Shown here: positions 9,405 through 19,471 of the stretch, in pieces | Position numbering within the stretch: the first letter of the stretch is position 1 | Layout of the letters: every line of letters begins with the position of its first letter | From: an uncultured Chlamydiae bacterium | Lineage (GTDB): Bacteria > Chlamydiota > Chlamydiia > Chlamydiales > JAJFMA01 | Assembly (NCBI GenBank): GCA_963713615.1 | Contig: CAVQMM010000001.1 | Location: 3,584,001 to 3,648,000, forward strand | Direction of reading: 5' to 3' | Length of the DNA: 64,000 nt | Program-made: the position numbers and the translations under genes | The notes under the pieces: generated by a model | The model's database searches: none | What the model was told of the DNA's origin: nothing | Seen by the model: only the letters and a program-made list of their open reading frames with translations

Positions 9405-10487
9405 ATGTATGTCTACCTACAGCCTTTTCATACGAAAGGGCTTATCGATGAGGCCAATGCGCGGCTGCTAGCACATGGCGAGACGTTGTCCGCTGGTGAT
9501 AATCTGACCATGCGCGTGCGTTATGCCGTTGCTACGTTTACTGGCCTGGCACAAACGATCTACTACTTGGCCTTGTGGACTTTCAGCACGTTAGCCACCT
9601 TTGCTACCTTGGGTTTAATCAAAGCTATCGATCGTTTCGGTGACGAGGCAGGGTCTTTGGCTATGGCTTCCATGGTAGGTACCCATTTAGCCGCCTTTAG
9701 TGTGGTCTATCTTCCGGCGGCGACAGTGTTGTCGCAGAAGATCACTGCCTACGTCGATGCCTCTTTTCAAGGCATTTTGACGCATGCGAAGGTTAGTTTG
9801 GACTTTGAGATTAAAAATGCCAGAAGGGTGCGCAAGTCGCAAGCTGCCAACCGAGACGAAGTCACTCGAACCGATCTCTATTTTGATCCGATGGTGACTA
9901 AGATGGAGTCTGAGAGGACGGCATTGATACGTGAGTGTCGTAAGGCCTATCCGAAGGAGATCGATGCTAAATTTGAGGCCTACAGAATTAGCAAGGCAAA
10001 GCTCAAACACATCAGCAATAAGCAATCGGCTATCATTCGTGAGACACCCTTTTCGCAGCGCGAAATCGATAAATTTATGGTGCAAAAAATTGCCTTCGAG
10101 GCTGAAGAGGGCACCGCTAAACTATTTCAACACTGCCTAGATGTCTGGGGTACCCGTGTCAGAACCTGGGGACAAAAATTTGATCGCGAGGTGTTCTGCC
10201 GTCATTGTCTGAAGGAGTTTCAGTCCGCCAGGGTAAATAAGAAGGTGGAACGTTTTATCCGCGATGTTAAAGAAGCGGATAACAAGGAAAGAGCCTTTAG
10301 AGAAAGCGAAGATGGCCTGCAGCGTTTTTTCAGCGAGATGACGACAAGAGTTGACAGGTTAGACAGACCTTGGCTGCATGTAAGACTGTGGAGACGGATC
10401 TTCCCCTCGATCGATTCCTGGCGCTTGTGCAAAGCGCTCGATCGGTGGATTGATCCGGAGATGGCTTTTTTGACGCAAGCTGAGTAG
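9405..10487 (+). CDS. hypothetical protein, Inc-like/effector candidate
   Basis: RBS GAGGAG; long N-terminal hydrophobic region; motifs shared with ORF 3472 and N-terminal similarity to ORF 10659. Confidence 0.75.
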   Translation: MYVYLQPFHTKGLIDEANARLLAHGETLSAGDNLTMRVRYAVATFTGLAQTIYYLALWTFSTLATFATLGLIKAIDRFGDEAGSLAMASMVGTHLAAFSVVYLPAATVLSQKITAYVDASFQGILTHAKVSLDFEIKNARRVRKSQAANRDEVTRTDLYFDPMVTKMESERTALIRECRKAYPKEIDAKFEAYRISKAKLKHISNKQSAIIRETPFSQREIDKFMVQKIAFEAEEGTAKLFQHCLDVWGTRVRTWGQKFDREVFCRHCLKEFQSARVNKKVERFIRDVKEADNKERAFRESEDGLQRFFSEMTTRVDRLDRPWLHVRLWRRIFPSIDSWRLCKALDRWIDPEMAFLTQAE

Positions 10488-10658
10488 GCCGTTGAAGCCA
10501 AAAAAGTATTGTTTTTAAATTATTGTGAAGCGTTATCGCCGGGGGGAGGGCAAGATCCCCGACTGATAGCCGATATGTAAAAATGGTTATGGCGGGTTGC
10601 CCTCTCTTTTTAGAGAGGCGGTGGCTTGTGATGGCCTATAAGATAAAGGAGAATCGTC

Positions 10659-12827
10659 ATGGATGGAACACAATCTGCTACCGCTACCCCGGGCCCCGTA
10701 TCTCATGGTTTTTTGGAGGGAATCACTCTCCGTGTTGGGCACACTGCAACGACCACTAAGATTCTTATTGTGCGAGTGTACGAGCTGGCTATGGCGACGA
10801 TACTCTACGTAACTGCGACGGTGACCTTTCATCAGATTCAGTCCTTGGATACCTGGAGGCAGGACTATTGGTGGGAAGCTAATAACTACGGTAATTTAAG
10901 CGCCCATATGTGGGGGATTATCAGTCCTACTACCGCTGAAGAAATGCTCTTTGGCAAGACTGACGAGGTTAACGCTAACGACGAAGCTAAGAAAAAAGAG
11001 CAGGCTGAAAAGGCTAAGGCTGACGAAGAGGCAAAGACTAAGGCAGCAGAAGCTGAAAAAGCGGAAGCCGCGCGTAAGGCCGCTGAGGAAGCCAAGAAAT
11101 CCGCTGAACCCTCGGGGCCTGGTTGGGTAGAGTGGCTTTGGAGTGGAGCCGTTGACGTCAGTGAAAAAGAAAAACAAAAAGAGACGCTTCTTAAGGGCCT
11201 CCAAAATGTCGACAAAGACCTGACTAAGGCTATTGGCGTTTTTTGTCAAACTGGAGGGGTTGACAACATAGATCCCCAGGCTTTTACTGCTTTTACTGCT
11301 CAAGCAAAAAAGAAAAAGGAAGCCATGATAGAGAATGCCAAAGCGGAGTTTGAGCGTAAGTCTGGTAAGGGATGTGACGAAATCGCGCAAGCACAGCGTA
11401 GCGCTTTTGTAAAATCAATGGATGGGGAAATCAATCAATTCCTTAAAATCGTGCAGCGACAGATTTTGGCCAACTTCTTTGACCTGTGGTATGAGCAGCA
11501 TAAAGGGCTGAATATTGTACTCCAAGAGGGATTAAACAACTTACAACAAGTAGAGCTTAATCAGCCTAACCTCAAGTCAGAATTTCTACAGTGGTGGTTA
11601 AAACAGGGAGCTAGTTCGTTTATTGCCAATGAAGGAAGCTATCAGGATCGCATTAGCGCGGTAAAGAATTTTCATAACCAGTGGCAAAGAAATCTAGAAT
11701 TCGACTATTATAGGCAGCGATCTTTTAGAACTGAAATGGATTTTTTGAGAGGCCAGGCTAAAAAACTGGTGGCGGAGGGTAGGCCAGCTATTTGGGACCG
11801 TTTGCACCAAGCAGACGAGGCATTTCGTCAGACGTTACAGAATCCCGCGCATAAGAAGGACCCGAATTACAACAGCTTATACGACGGTTTTGACGAGCAA
11901 GTTGGTAAGATTTTGGATGCTGACGATGCCAAAAGTCAAGCGGCTTTAGCGGCCGTTCAAACCTTAACCCCAAAGGAGACCACTCCAACTGGTTGGTTTG
12001 AGCAAAAGAGGGATTGGTTGGCTAAGGGTGATGGCAGAGTAGCGGAGGTAACTAAACGCCTTGGAGGCGATTCATGGGTAGTTAAAGGCCTTGCTGGCGG
12101 TGTAGATAAGACATGGGGTGTGCTTTCGTACGTGATGCCTGAGGTCGACTCCATAGGATATTTTTTCACACGTGGGATAGGTAACATCGGGGGTGCCCTC
12201 AGAGGCATTGGTAAATGGACCCTATTCGGGATGTTTGCGATTCCTGCCGGGCATATATTAGCTTATTATTTAGAAGAGCATCCCTATATCCCCTTCATTG
12301 GGGAGTTTAAAATTCCAGTTCTTTCGAAAAATCCTATATGGAAAATTTACAGTAACATGGTGCCGAGTTACACAGATCCAAAGGGAATAGCTTCCCTAGC
12401 TAGTTACATAGCAGTTGCAGCTCATGTGCCTTTTGCAAGAGATTATACTATCACTGCTTATTCAGCGAATTATGTGTGCAGGCAGCTGGGATTAGGAGAG
12501 CCTTTGCCTTGGCCTACAACAGGTATTGGGTATGCATGGGATGCATTTGCCTGGGCTTGGAATGCATACAATTCGTTGCCTGTTTGGGCAGAGGAGTTAG
12601 GTAAGTGGATTGGTGCTGGCTTGTTCCTGTGTTATATTGGCCAAAAAACTGTTAAGTCAGTTGTAAACAGTGTAAATACTGTAACAAGACCTATCGTAGG
12701 AGTCGCTAACGCCGTGACCGACACCGGTAAGGTGATGGTTAGCGCGGGCAGAACCGTTGTGGACGCGGGTAAGGGTATTTATGGGGCTGGCAAATGGCTC
12801 TACAACAAACTCCCCGCACGGGCGTAG
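10659..12827 (+). CDS. large hypothetical membrane protein (Inc-like N-terminus, Ala/Glu/Lys coiled coil, Gly/Trp-rich hydrophobic C-terminal third)
   Basis: RBS AAGGAG; 722-aa ORF; N-terminus aligns without gaps to ORF 9405. Confidence 0.75.
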   Translation: MDGTQSATATPGPVSHGFLEGITLRVGHTATTTKILIVRVYELAMATILYVTATVTFHQIQSLDTWRQDYWWEANNYGNLSAHMWGIISPTTAEEMLFGKTDEVNANDEAKKKEQAEKAKADEEAKTKAAEAEKAEAARKAAEEAKKSAEPSGPGWVEWLWSGAVDVSEKEKQKETLLKGLQNVDKDLTKAIGVFCQTGGVDNIDPQAFTAFTAQAKKKKEAMIENAKAEFERKSGKGCDEIAQAQRSAFVKSMDGEINQFLKIVQRQILANFFDLWYEQHKGLNIVLQEGLNNLQQVELNQPNLKSEFLQWWLKQGASSFIANEGSYQDRISAVKNFHNQWQRNLEFDYYRQRSFRTEMDFLRGQAKKLVAEGRPAIWDRLHQADEAFRQTLQNPAHKKDPNYNSLYDGFDEQVGKILDADDAKSQAALAAVQTLTPKETTPTGWFEQKRDWLAKGDGRVAEVTKRLGGDSWVVKGLAGGVDKTWGVLSYVMPEVDSIGYFFTRGIGNIGGALRGIGKWTLFGMFAIPAGHILAYYLEEHPYIPFIGEFKIPVLSKNPIWKIYSNMVPSYTDPKGIASLASYIAVAAHVPFARDYTITAYSANYVCRQLGLGEPLPWPTTGIGYAWDAFAWAWNAYNSLPVWAEELGKWIGAGLFLCYIGQKTVKSVVNSVNTVTRPIVGVANAVTDTGKVMVSAGRTVVDAGKGIYGAGKWLYNKLPARA

Positions 12828-12846
12828 CATCAGGAATGTATTCATT

Positions 12847-12870
12847 AGGCAGGCAATTCGTTGTCTGCCT
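12847..12870 (+). terminator. hairpin downstream of ORF 10659
   Basis: AGGCAGGCAA-TTCG-TTGTCTGCCT. Confidence 0.5.
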
Positions 12871-12926
12871 TCTCCAAGTCCTAAGGGGGCAAGATGCATT
12901 TCCCTAACATTCTGAATTAACCGTCG

Positions 12927-13182
12927 TGGCAGTCCTTCAGACTGCCCAATACGTTTTGGCGTATTTCCAGGGCGATGCCCTGGCCTGTTGCAATATCAGC
13001 CTTTCAGGCTTAGAAATGGTGACAGCTCATTTGGGCAGAAATTATTTATCCAACGCGCAATCGAAAACCTAATGTGTCACATGCCTGTGCCATTTCTAAG
13101 CCCGAAGGGCAGACATTGCAACAGGCCATGGCATCGCCATGGTATATGCAATAACACGATACCGCAGTCTGAAAGACTGCCA
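12927..13182. repeat. REP-like family F doublet (stand-alone, no H insertion)
   Basis: Inverted arms with hairpins GCAGTCCTTCAGACTGC, CCATGGCATCGCCATGG and GCCCGAAGGGC; intact TGGCATCGCCA site at 13129-13139. Confidence 0.85.
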
Positions 13183-13209
13183 TAGGGCGCATTGTATAGC
13201 ATAGCGTTG

Positions 13210-13304
13210 AATGGACATGATGGACTTTATGGACACTATGGACGAGGGGTTAAACTTCTGTCCATGATGTCCACTAGGTCCATTATCGTCCACTCTGTCC
13301 ATTC
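13210..13304. repeat. family C palindrome of ~9-bp TGGAC / GTCCA tandem units
   Basis: ATGGACATGATGGACTTTATGGACACTATGGAC ... GTCCATGATGTCCACTAGGTCCATTATCGTCCACTCTGTCCAT. Confidence 0.75.
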
Positions 13305-13309
13305 CCTGC

Positions 13310-14761
13310 TCACACACTATAGCTGCTGGAACTAATCTTGCCGCCCGTGCCTGTCCAATTGGTATGGAAGTGCTCGCCACGTGGCTTGTCCACTCTCTCA
13401 TAGGTGTGGGCACCAAAATAGTCGCGCTGCGCTTGCAGCAGATTCGCCGGCAGTCGCTCACTACGGTATCCATCGTAAAACGCCAATGCCGTTCCCATGC
13501 AGGGCACAGGAATGCCTAATTCCACCGCTGTGCTAACAACCCTTCTCCATCCTGCCTGAGCTTCTTGGACTGCATTCTTAAAGAAGGGATCCAGCAACAG
13601 ATTTGTCAGAGCTGGGTTGTTGTCGTAGGCTTCTTTGATCTTGCCCAGAAAACGACTACGAATAATGCATCCTCCACGCCACATCAGGGCTATTCCACCA
13701 TAATTGAGCTTCCAGTGATACTCTTCGGCAGCCTGACGCATCAACATGAACCCTTGCGTATAGCTAATCAGCTTCGAAGCATACAACGCCTTGCCTAGAT
13801 CATCGACGAAGGTCTTTTTGTCGCCTTTAAAGCTCGTGGATGGTCCTTTGAGCACTTTGCTGGCAGCGACGCGTTCGTCCTTAAGCGATGACAGACAGCG
13901 TGCAAAAACGGCCTCACCGATGAGCGTCACGGGCATGCCAAGGTTGAGCGCTTCGATACCTGTCCATTTGCCTGTGCCTTTTTGGCCTGCAACGTCCAGG
14001 ATCTTGTCTAGCAGAGGAACACCGTCCTCTTGATGCTCGAAGATGGCACTGGTGATTTCGATGAGATAGCTGTCGAGGTCGCCCTTATTCCATTCGACAA
14101 AGACGTCATGCAAGGCTTGGTGATCCATGCCCAAGCCTCTGTGAAGCAAATCATAGGCTTCACAGATCAACTGCATATCGCCATATTCGATGCCGTTGTG
14201 AACCATCTTGACGTAGTGGCCAGCCCCCCCTTCTCCCACCCAGTCACAGCAGGGTTGATCGCCTTCCACTTTGGCTGCTATTCCCTGAAAGATATCGCGG
14301 ATGTAGGGCCATGCTTGGGGATCGCCTCCTGGCATGATCGAAGGGCCATTGCGGGCGCCTTCTTCGCCTCCCGAGATGCCGGTACCGATAAAACGCATGC
14401 CCTTGCTAGCCAGGTAGTCACAACGACGTTGCGTGTCAGTGTAGAGGCTATTGCCGCCGTCGATAAGGATGTCTCCCGCTTCCATAAAAGGCAGGCAGTG
14501 TTCGATAAATTCGTCGACAGGCTTCCCAGCCTTCACCATCAGCATGACGCGTCGCGGTCTCTTGAGGCTTTTAAAGAGCTCTTCCAGAGAGTGCGTGCCA
14601 ATAACCTTGGAGCCCTTCGCCGGACCGGCGAGCAATTCGTCCACTTTGGACACCGTTCTGTTAAAAACAGCGATGGTATAGCCATGGTCATTGATGTTCA
14701 TGGCAAGATTTTGGCCCATGACTGCTAGGCCGATCAGGCCGATATCTGCTTGTGCGCCCAT
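13310..14761 (-). CDS. gnd: 6-phosphogluconate dehydrogenase, decarboxylating
   Basis: IGLIGLAVMGQNLA, VKMVHNGIEYGDMQLI, QAQRDYFGAHTYER. Confidence 0.98.
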   Translation of the reverse strand: MGAQADIGLIGLAVMGQNLAMNINDHGYTIAVFNRTVSKVDELLAGPAKGSKVIGTHSLEELFKSLKRPRRVMLMVKAGKPVDEFIEHCLPFMEAGDILIDGGNSLYTDTQRRCDYLASKGMRFIGTGISGGEEGARNGPSIMPGGDPQAWPYIRDIFQGIAAKVEGDQPCCDWVGEGGAGHYVKMVHNGIEYGDMQLICEAYDLLHRGLGMDHQALHDVFVEWNKGDLDSYLIEITSAIFEHQEDGVPLLDKILDVAGQKGTGKWTGIEALNLGMPVTLIGEAVFARCLSSLKDERVAASKVLKGPSTSFKGDKKTFVDDLGKALYASKLISYTQGFMLMRQAAEEYHWKLNYGGIALMWRGGCIIRSRFLGKIKEAYDNNPALTNLLLDPFFKNAVQEAQAGWRRVVSTAVELGIPVPCMGTALAFYDGYRSERLPANLLQAQRDYFGAHTYERVDKPRGEHFHTNWTGTGGKISSSSYSV

Positions 14762-14832
14762 GAAATCCCCTCTCCATTTAGAAATTGAGAAAAACCCTCA
14801 TGCAGGATATAATTGTGACTATCTTTTGCTGT

Positions 14833-14906
14833 GTTCTCGTAGCTCAGGTGGATAGAGCGGTTGCCTCCTAAGCAACAGGTCGCGCGTTCGAATCGCGCCG
14901 AGGACA
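14833..14906 (+). tRNA. tRNA-Arg (anticodon CCT); CCA not encoded
   Basis: Cloverleaf: GTTCTCG/CGAGGAC acceptor stem, GCTC/GAGC D-stem, GTTGC-CTCCTAA-GCAAC anticodon arm, GCGCG-TTCGAAT-CGCGC T-arm. Confidence 0.97.
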
Positions 14907-14924
14907 CTTTTTTTTCTTTCTCCA

Positions 14925-15668
14925 TCATGACTTCGATTGTCCCTTGATGTATTGGTCGATGCCCTGTGCTATGCCCCAGGCCAGTTTTTTGAGGTAGGTG
15001 GGGTCTTTGATACGCTCCATTTCGCTATCGTTCGTTAGGAATCCGCCTTCGATTAAGATGGCCGGGATGCTGCTATTGCGGATGACGGAAAAATTTCCGT
15101 GTTTGATCCCGCGCGAGTTTGCTTGAGTGGTCTCGATCGTATTTGCCAAGACGGCTTTAGCCAAAGCTTCCGATTTGTTGGAGCGCTCTTTATCCTTGTC
15201 CGATTTGTAGTAAAACACTTCGATGCCCTCGGCTGTTTTGTTGGGGGCAGAATTGAAGTGGACACTGACAAAAAGCTGCGCCTTTTTCTCCTTCGAGACG
15301 TCGGCGCGTTCCTCAAGCGTCAGGAATGTGTCGTCATCGCGGGTCATTAGCGTGCGGTAACCGCGTTGTCTGAGGAATTGTTCCAGAAAGCGTGCGCTGG
15401 CAAGGTTGAGGTTTTTTTCCTGATAGACAGGTTTCGAGAGCGAGACAGCGCCAATATCCTTGCCGCCATGGCCAGGATCAATCATCACCAACGGTTTGAT
15501 GACATGATGTTTCGTGGGTGGAACTTCGCTAAAGTGTATCGGTTGCGGGGCTGGGACAGCGCGGCAGGGCTTTACGGCCCCACGCCCTTTAACGGCTGCT
15601 GGCTGACGCGCACTAGCCGGCGCGAAGAACAATAACGAAAGGATGAATGCGATGCGTAGCACTAGCAT
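14925..15668 (-). CDS. amiA: N-acetylmuramoyl-L-alanine amidase (Amidase_3)
   Basis: IDPGHGGKD, EKNLNL, FVSVHFNS, ILIEGGFLTN; signal peptide. Confidence 0.93.
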   Translation of the reverse strand: MLVLRIAFILSLLFFAPASARQPAAVKGRGAVKPCRAVPAPQPIHFSEVPPTKHHVIKPLVMIDPGHGGKDIGAVSLSKPVYQEKNLNLASARFLEQFLRQRGYRTLMTRDDDTFLTLEERADVSKEKKAQLFVSVHFNSAPNKTAEGIEVFYYKSDKDKERSNKSEALAKAVLANTIETTQANSRGIKHGNFSVIRNSSIPAILIEGGFLTNDSEMERIKDPTYLKKLAWGIAQGIDQYIKGQSKS

Positions 15669-15683
15669 GAGGCCTTTGCCTAT

Positions 15684-17171
15684 TTAGTTTGTTGCGATAT
15701 CCTCGCACAGTTCCCGAGCTACGGAAACGTCGCAGAATTCGATGGTTTGATGTGCAAAAATCTGTTGTCTCTCGTGTCCCTTGCCGGCAATGAGAATAAT
15801 GTCATCCGGCTGCGCTAAATAGATCGCCTTCTGGATGGCTTCACGTCGATCTAGCTCCACCATAAAGTGTGCGTTGTTGCTAAATCCCCGCGTGATCTCC
15901 GAGCAGATATCTTCCGGCTTCTCGCTGCGCGGATTGTCGCTTGTGACGATGGTCATATCGGACAATGCTTCGCTGACCTTGGCCATTTTGGGGCGTTTAC
16001 CTCGGTCTCTGTCGCCTCCACAGCCGAATACGGTGATCAGACGTCCCTTTTTGAGCTCTTGAAGACAGGAGAGGGTGTTTTCTAAGGCGTCGTCGGTGTG
16101 CGCAAAGTCGACATAAATCTTTAGTCCAAGAGGGTTGGGCACTGGCTCAAGGCGTCCAGGAACAGATGTGAATCGTGTCAAGCTGTCTGCAATAGTTTGT
16201 AGAGCGATGCCCTTACATAAGCCAGTCGCTATGACCGCTAGCGCATTATAGACGTTAAAACGCCCTGCCAGAGGAATCTGAAAGAGAGCTTGTTCTCCCT
16301 GATATTCTAGGGAAAAACGACTGCCCTCGGCGCTAAGCTGGATGTCCTTGGCGTATAGATCAGCCTCTTTGGATAGACCATAGGTGAGTACGCGAGCCTG
16401 ACAATCTTCTAGAAGCTTAGTATGCCATGGGCAGTCGTAGTTGACTATGGCCACAGGTTGCGACAAACCAACCTTCTTGTCACTGGTATGGTATAGATTG
16501 CAAAATAGGAGACGTTTGGCCTCGGCATATTGCTCCATGGTCTGGTGGTAGTCCAGATGCTCGGGCGTGAGGTTGGTAAATATAGCCACGTCGAAATCGA
16601 TATTGACCACACGACCTTGATCGAGAGCGTGGGATGTGACTTCCATGACTGCGGCTTCACAGCCTTCCCTGACCATTTCAGCAAGCATTTTTTGGTTTGC
16701 ACAGAGGTCTGGTGTGGTTCTGGAAGCATGGTGGCGGTGTGGTCCAATGATGTACTCGATGGTGCCTATGAGGCCACAGGAGATGTCTACGCTGTCCAAA
16801 AGATGCTTGAGGAGCGTCGCAATCGTCGTTTTGCCGTTGGTACCTGTGATACCAACCATAAAGAGCCGCTCGCTGGGGAAGTTGTAATAGCGGGTAGCCA
16901 GGAGGGCCTCGGCGACCTCGATGTTGGGGTGAATCAGTTGAACGATATTCTTGAGGGATGGATCATAGATGTCAGAGAGGACTGCAGCGGCGCCACCAGC
17001 GATAGCTTCAGGGATGAAGCGTGTGCCATCATGCTGTCGACCTTTTTTTGCGATAAAGAGGTTACCAGGGGCGATGCATTGCGAGTTGGAGCATACACCG
17101 GTGATGTCGACCTCTTTCGAGCCCTTCACCTGCAAGAGGGGGATGTCTTTGACCAGCCTCTTAATCCTCAT
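15684..17171 (-). CDS. murE: UDP-N-acetylmuramoyl-L-alanyl-D-glutamate--2,6-diaminopimelate ligase
   Basis: GITGTNGKTT, MEVTSHAL, VDFAHTDDAL, TSDNPRSE (DNPR indicates mDAP specificity). Confidence 0.97.
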   Translation of the reverse strand: MRIKRLVKDIPLLQVKGSKEVDITGVCSNSQCIAPGNLFIAKKGRQHDGTRFIPEAIAGGAAAVLSDIYDPSLKNIVQLIHPNIEVAEALLATRYYNFPSERLFMVGITGTNGKTTIATLLKHLLDSVDISCGLIGTIEYIIGPHRHHASRTTPDLCANQKMLAEMVREGCEAAVMEVTSHALDQGRVVNIDFDVAIFTNLTPEHLDYHQTMEQYAEAKRLLFCNLYHTSDKKVGLSQPVAIVNYDCPWHTKLLEDCQARVLTYGLSKEADLYAKDIQLSAEGSRFSLEYQGEQALFQIPLAGRFNVYNALAVIATGLCKGIALQTIADSLTRFTSVPGRLEPVPNPLGLKIYVDFAHTDDALENTLSCLQELKKGRLITVFGCGGDRDRGKRPKMAKVSEALSDMTIVTSDNPRSEKPEDICSEITRGFSNNAHFMVELDRREAIQKAIYLAQPDDIILIAGKGHERQQIFAHQTIEFCDVSVARELCEDIATN

Positions 17172-17185
17172 GGGCAGCTCATCAC

Positions 17186-19180
17186 CTAGTTATTCCATTC
17201 GTCAAAAAGTTGCTTTAGGGCCTTAGCCTCGGGCACCCAGTCAGCCTTAGCTGGGTCGTACCTGGGGTCTCCAGCTGGATAGCCGTAGGGGTCATCCGGG
17301 GAGACTCCTAAGTAGGCCAGCGTACGGCGTCCGATCTCACGGAAGACTGGAGCTGCACAGTAGCCGCCATAATGCACTGGTCCCACGCCTGGTACAAAGG
17401 CTTTCTCCGGCTCGTCAATGGAGACAATGAGAACAAACACAGGGTCTTTCACTGGCGCAAAACCGATGAAAGACGACACATTGCGATCTTTCGAATAGAC
17501 GCCGTCGATGATCTTTTCGGCGGTACCCGTTTTCCCCGCTTGCGTATATCCAGGAATATCGCCGCGTTTGCCTAGAGTAACATATTTCAATCCATTGACT
17601 ACTTTCGCGATCATACTGGAATCGAGGACTTGTGGGAAAGTCTTTAACCGCTCCGGATGTGTGTTATCCAACAACACCTGAGGTGTTCCATCCGGCTGAG
17701 CCTTGATAATTTTGCGAACAAGGGTCGGCTGAACTAAATAACCGCCATTGGCTAAAACAGCATAAGCTCTGAGGAGCTGAATACTATTAGCTTGAATGTT
17801 GTGTCCCATGGCCAGGGAATAGGGCGTCGGTGCAGACCATTCCAAGGCTCCATTGGGGTGCTTTTTGCCAGGTGTGGGTAGAAGGCCGGGGTTTTCTCCA
17901 GCCAGTTCAATCTGTGTGGGCCTGCCTAGGCCAAAGCTGTCACTAAGTCTGTCGCGCAACCACTTTGCACCGAGGCGGTTGACGATGCGTTCGGCAACAC
18001 GCGCGACGTAGATATTCGAAGAGACCTGTAGTCCCATGTTCATGTTTAGGAATTTGTAGACATGAAAGTCCTTGAGGGGCTTGGTTCGTCCCGGGAACAT
18101 CGGATTATGTGTGGCCATTTTGGCGTCTGGGTCAAAAGCAGGGAGTTCCCCACGAAGCTTGAGCTCTTCGTTGGCCATCAGCCCAGCGGTGACTGTGATC
18201 GCTTTAAAGATGGACCCTGGCTCAATAGCGTCGATGATGGGCTTGATGCGTGTCGCATCGATCAGTTCAGGGTCATTGAAGTACTCAGCGCATCTAGCAG
18301 GATAGAAAAAAGGGTATTGGGCCAACGCCAGGATCTCGCCAGTGTTGGGGTCCATCATGACTGCCCAGCCACCCTTGGCTTTGGCTTTTTGGACTCCGCG
18401 CGCCAGTTCCTCTTCGGCAATGGCTTGGATCACATGATTAACCGTGAGGTAGACATCTGCGCCGTTTTCTGGCGCTTGCAGAACTTCGCCGATTTCGAAG
18501 GAATTTCGTGGAGAACGCATGAGGCGTCGGCAACCCTGATGTCCTTGCAGATATTTGTTGAAAGTGAGCTCTAGGCCTCCTGTGGGAATGGCCTGGCCAG
18601 TGACCTCATCGCGGCGTCCTTGGACAGTATGCAAAACCTGTCCGAGTAGCTTGCCAAAGGGATAGGAGCGTTGATAGTCCGCTTCACAATACAGCGCGTT
18701 GCGTGGGATACGATTTTTCTTAGCATAGGGTAGCCACCACTTGAGTACTTCATCTTTGGAATCGCTACTGATCCAGGTGGCCAGGGTCCGGCGGCGGCTT
18801 TTTCTGGCCAATTCGTCGATTAGGGCTAGTTGCTCAGAGTCTGTAAGACCTAAAATTTGTTGAAGACTGGCAGCAACAGTATCGCGCTGGGATGCCGGAA
18901 TCGATATGGGATCGGCGTGCAGATGAAACTTTTGGATGTCAGTTACCAGCTTTTGTGGTTCTTCCGGATGGCTGCGTTTGATAGAAGTATTGCTGTAGAA
19001 AGTGCCTCGCATGAATGGTTCTGTGACGGTAAAGTAATGCTGGCGATAGGCCACTCGATCCCACTTGTCTCCTTCAAGAATTTGTACGCGGTAGTATTGG
19101 ACAATTAGCAAGGAGAAAAGAAAGAAAAAGCCTAAGGCAATCACGACGACGCGTTTGCTGTCCTGAGAAGTCCTCATCAA
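17186..19180 (-). CDS. ftsI: penicillin-binding protein 3 (class B transpeptidase)
   Basis: EPGSIFK (SxxK), SSN, KTGT motifs; follows ftsL and rsmH. Confidence 0.95.
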   Translation of the reverse strand: MMRTSQDSKRVVVIALGFFFLFSLLIVQYYRVQILEGDKWDRVAYRQHYFTVTEPFMRGTFYSNTSIKRSHPEEPQKLVTDIQKFHLHADPISIPASQRDTVAASLQQILGLTDSEQLALIDELARKSRRRTLATWISSDSKDEVLKWWLPYAKKNRIPRNALYCEADYQRSYPFGKLLGQVLHTVQGRRDEVTGQAIPTGGLELTFNKYLQGHQGCRRLMRSPRNSFEIGEVLQAPENGADVYLTVNHVIQAIAEEELARGVQKAKAKGGWAVMMDPNTGEILALAQYPFFYPARCAEYFNDPELIDATRIKPIIDAIEPGSIFKAITVTAGLMANEELKLRGELPAFDPDAKMATHNPMFPGRTKPLKDFHVYKFLNMNMGLQVSSNIYVARVAERIVNRLGAKWLRDRLSDSFGLGRPTQIELAGENPGLLPTPGKKHPNGALEWSAPTPYSLAMGHNIQANSIQLLRAYAVLANGGYLVQPTLVRKIIKAQPDGTPQVLLDNTHPERLKTFPQVLDSSMIAKVVNGLKYVTLGKRGDIPGYTQAGKTGTAEKIIDGVYSKDRNVSSFIGFAPVKDPVFVLIVSIDEPEKAFVPGVGPVHYGGYCAAPVFREIGRRTLAYLGVSPDDPYGYPAGDPRYDPAKADWVPEAKALKQLFDEWNN

Positions 19181-19470
19181 AGCTCCTCAGACCGTTGTTT
19201 GGGAACGACGATGATGTCATGCGTCTCAGGGTACTTCAAGTGGCCATATTCAGGTAGACGTGAGAGTTCCAATAGGTGAAGGGGATTTTCAAAACGGTCG
19301 ATGGAATATTGAAGGCGGTTATTTTCTTCATGCAGAGCTCGCACCTTTTTGTCTAAGGGAGGAATAGACCGACGTAATTCCATGAGGGCGTTTTGCTCTC
19401 TAACGGATACATAGAGCGCAATACCCGCAGCTGTCAGGCAGATGAATATCTTGATTAGCAATTGTATCAT
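19177..19470 (-). CDS. ftsL: cell division protein FtsL-like (CT271 homolog)
   Basis: N-terminal TM helix plus coiled coil (EENNRLQYSIDRFENP); lies between rsmH and ftsI. Confidence 0.8.
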   Translation of the reverse strand: MIQLLIKIFICLTAAGIALYVSVREQNALMELRRSIPPLDKKVRALHEENNRLQYSIDRFENPLHLLELSRLPEYGHLKYPETHDIIVVPKQRSEEL

Positions 19471-19471
19471 G

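Noticed and set aside
14030..14728. Long antisense ORFs opposite gnd, murE, ftsI and rng
   Set aside because: Shadow frames of well-conserved genes
14833..14906. tRNA-Arg as an island integration site
   Set aside because: No integrase and no duplicated tRNA 3' end seen; flanked by core genes
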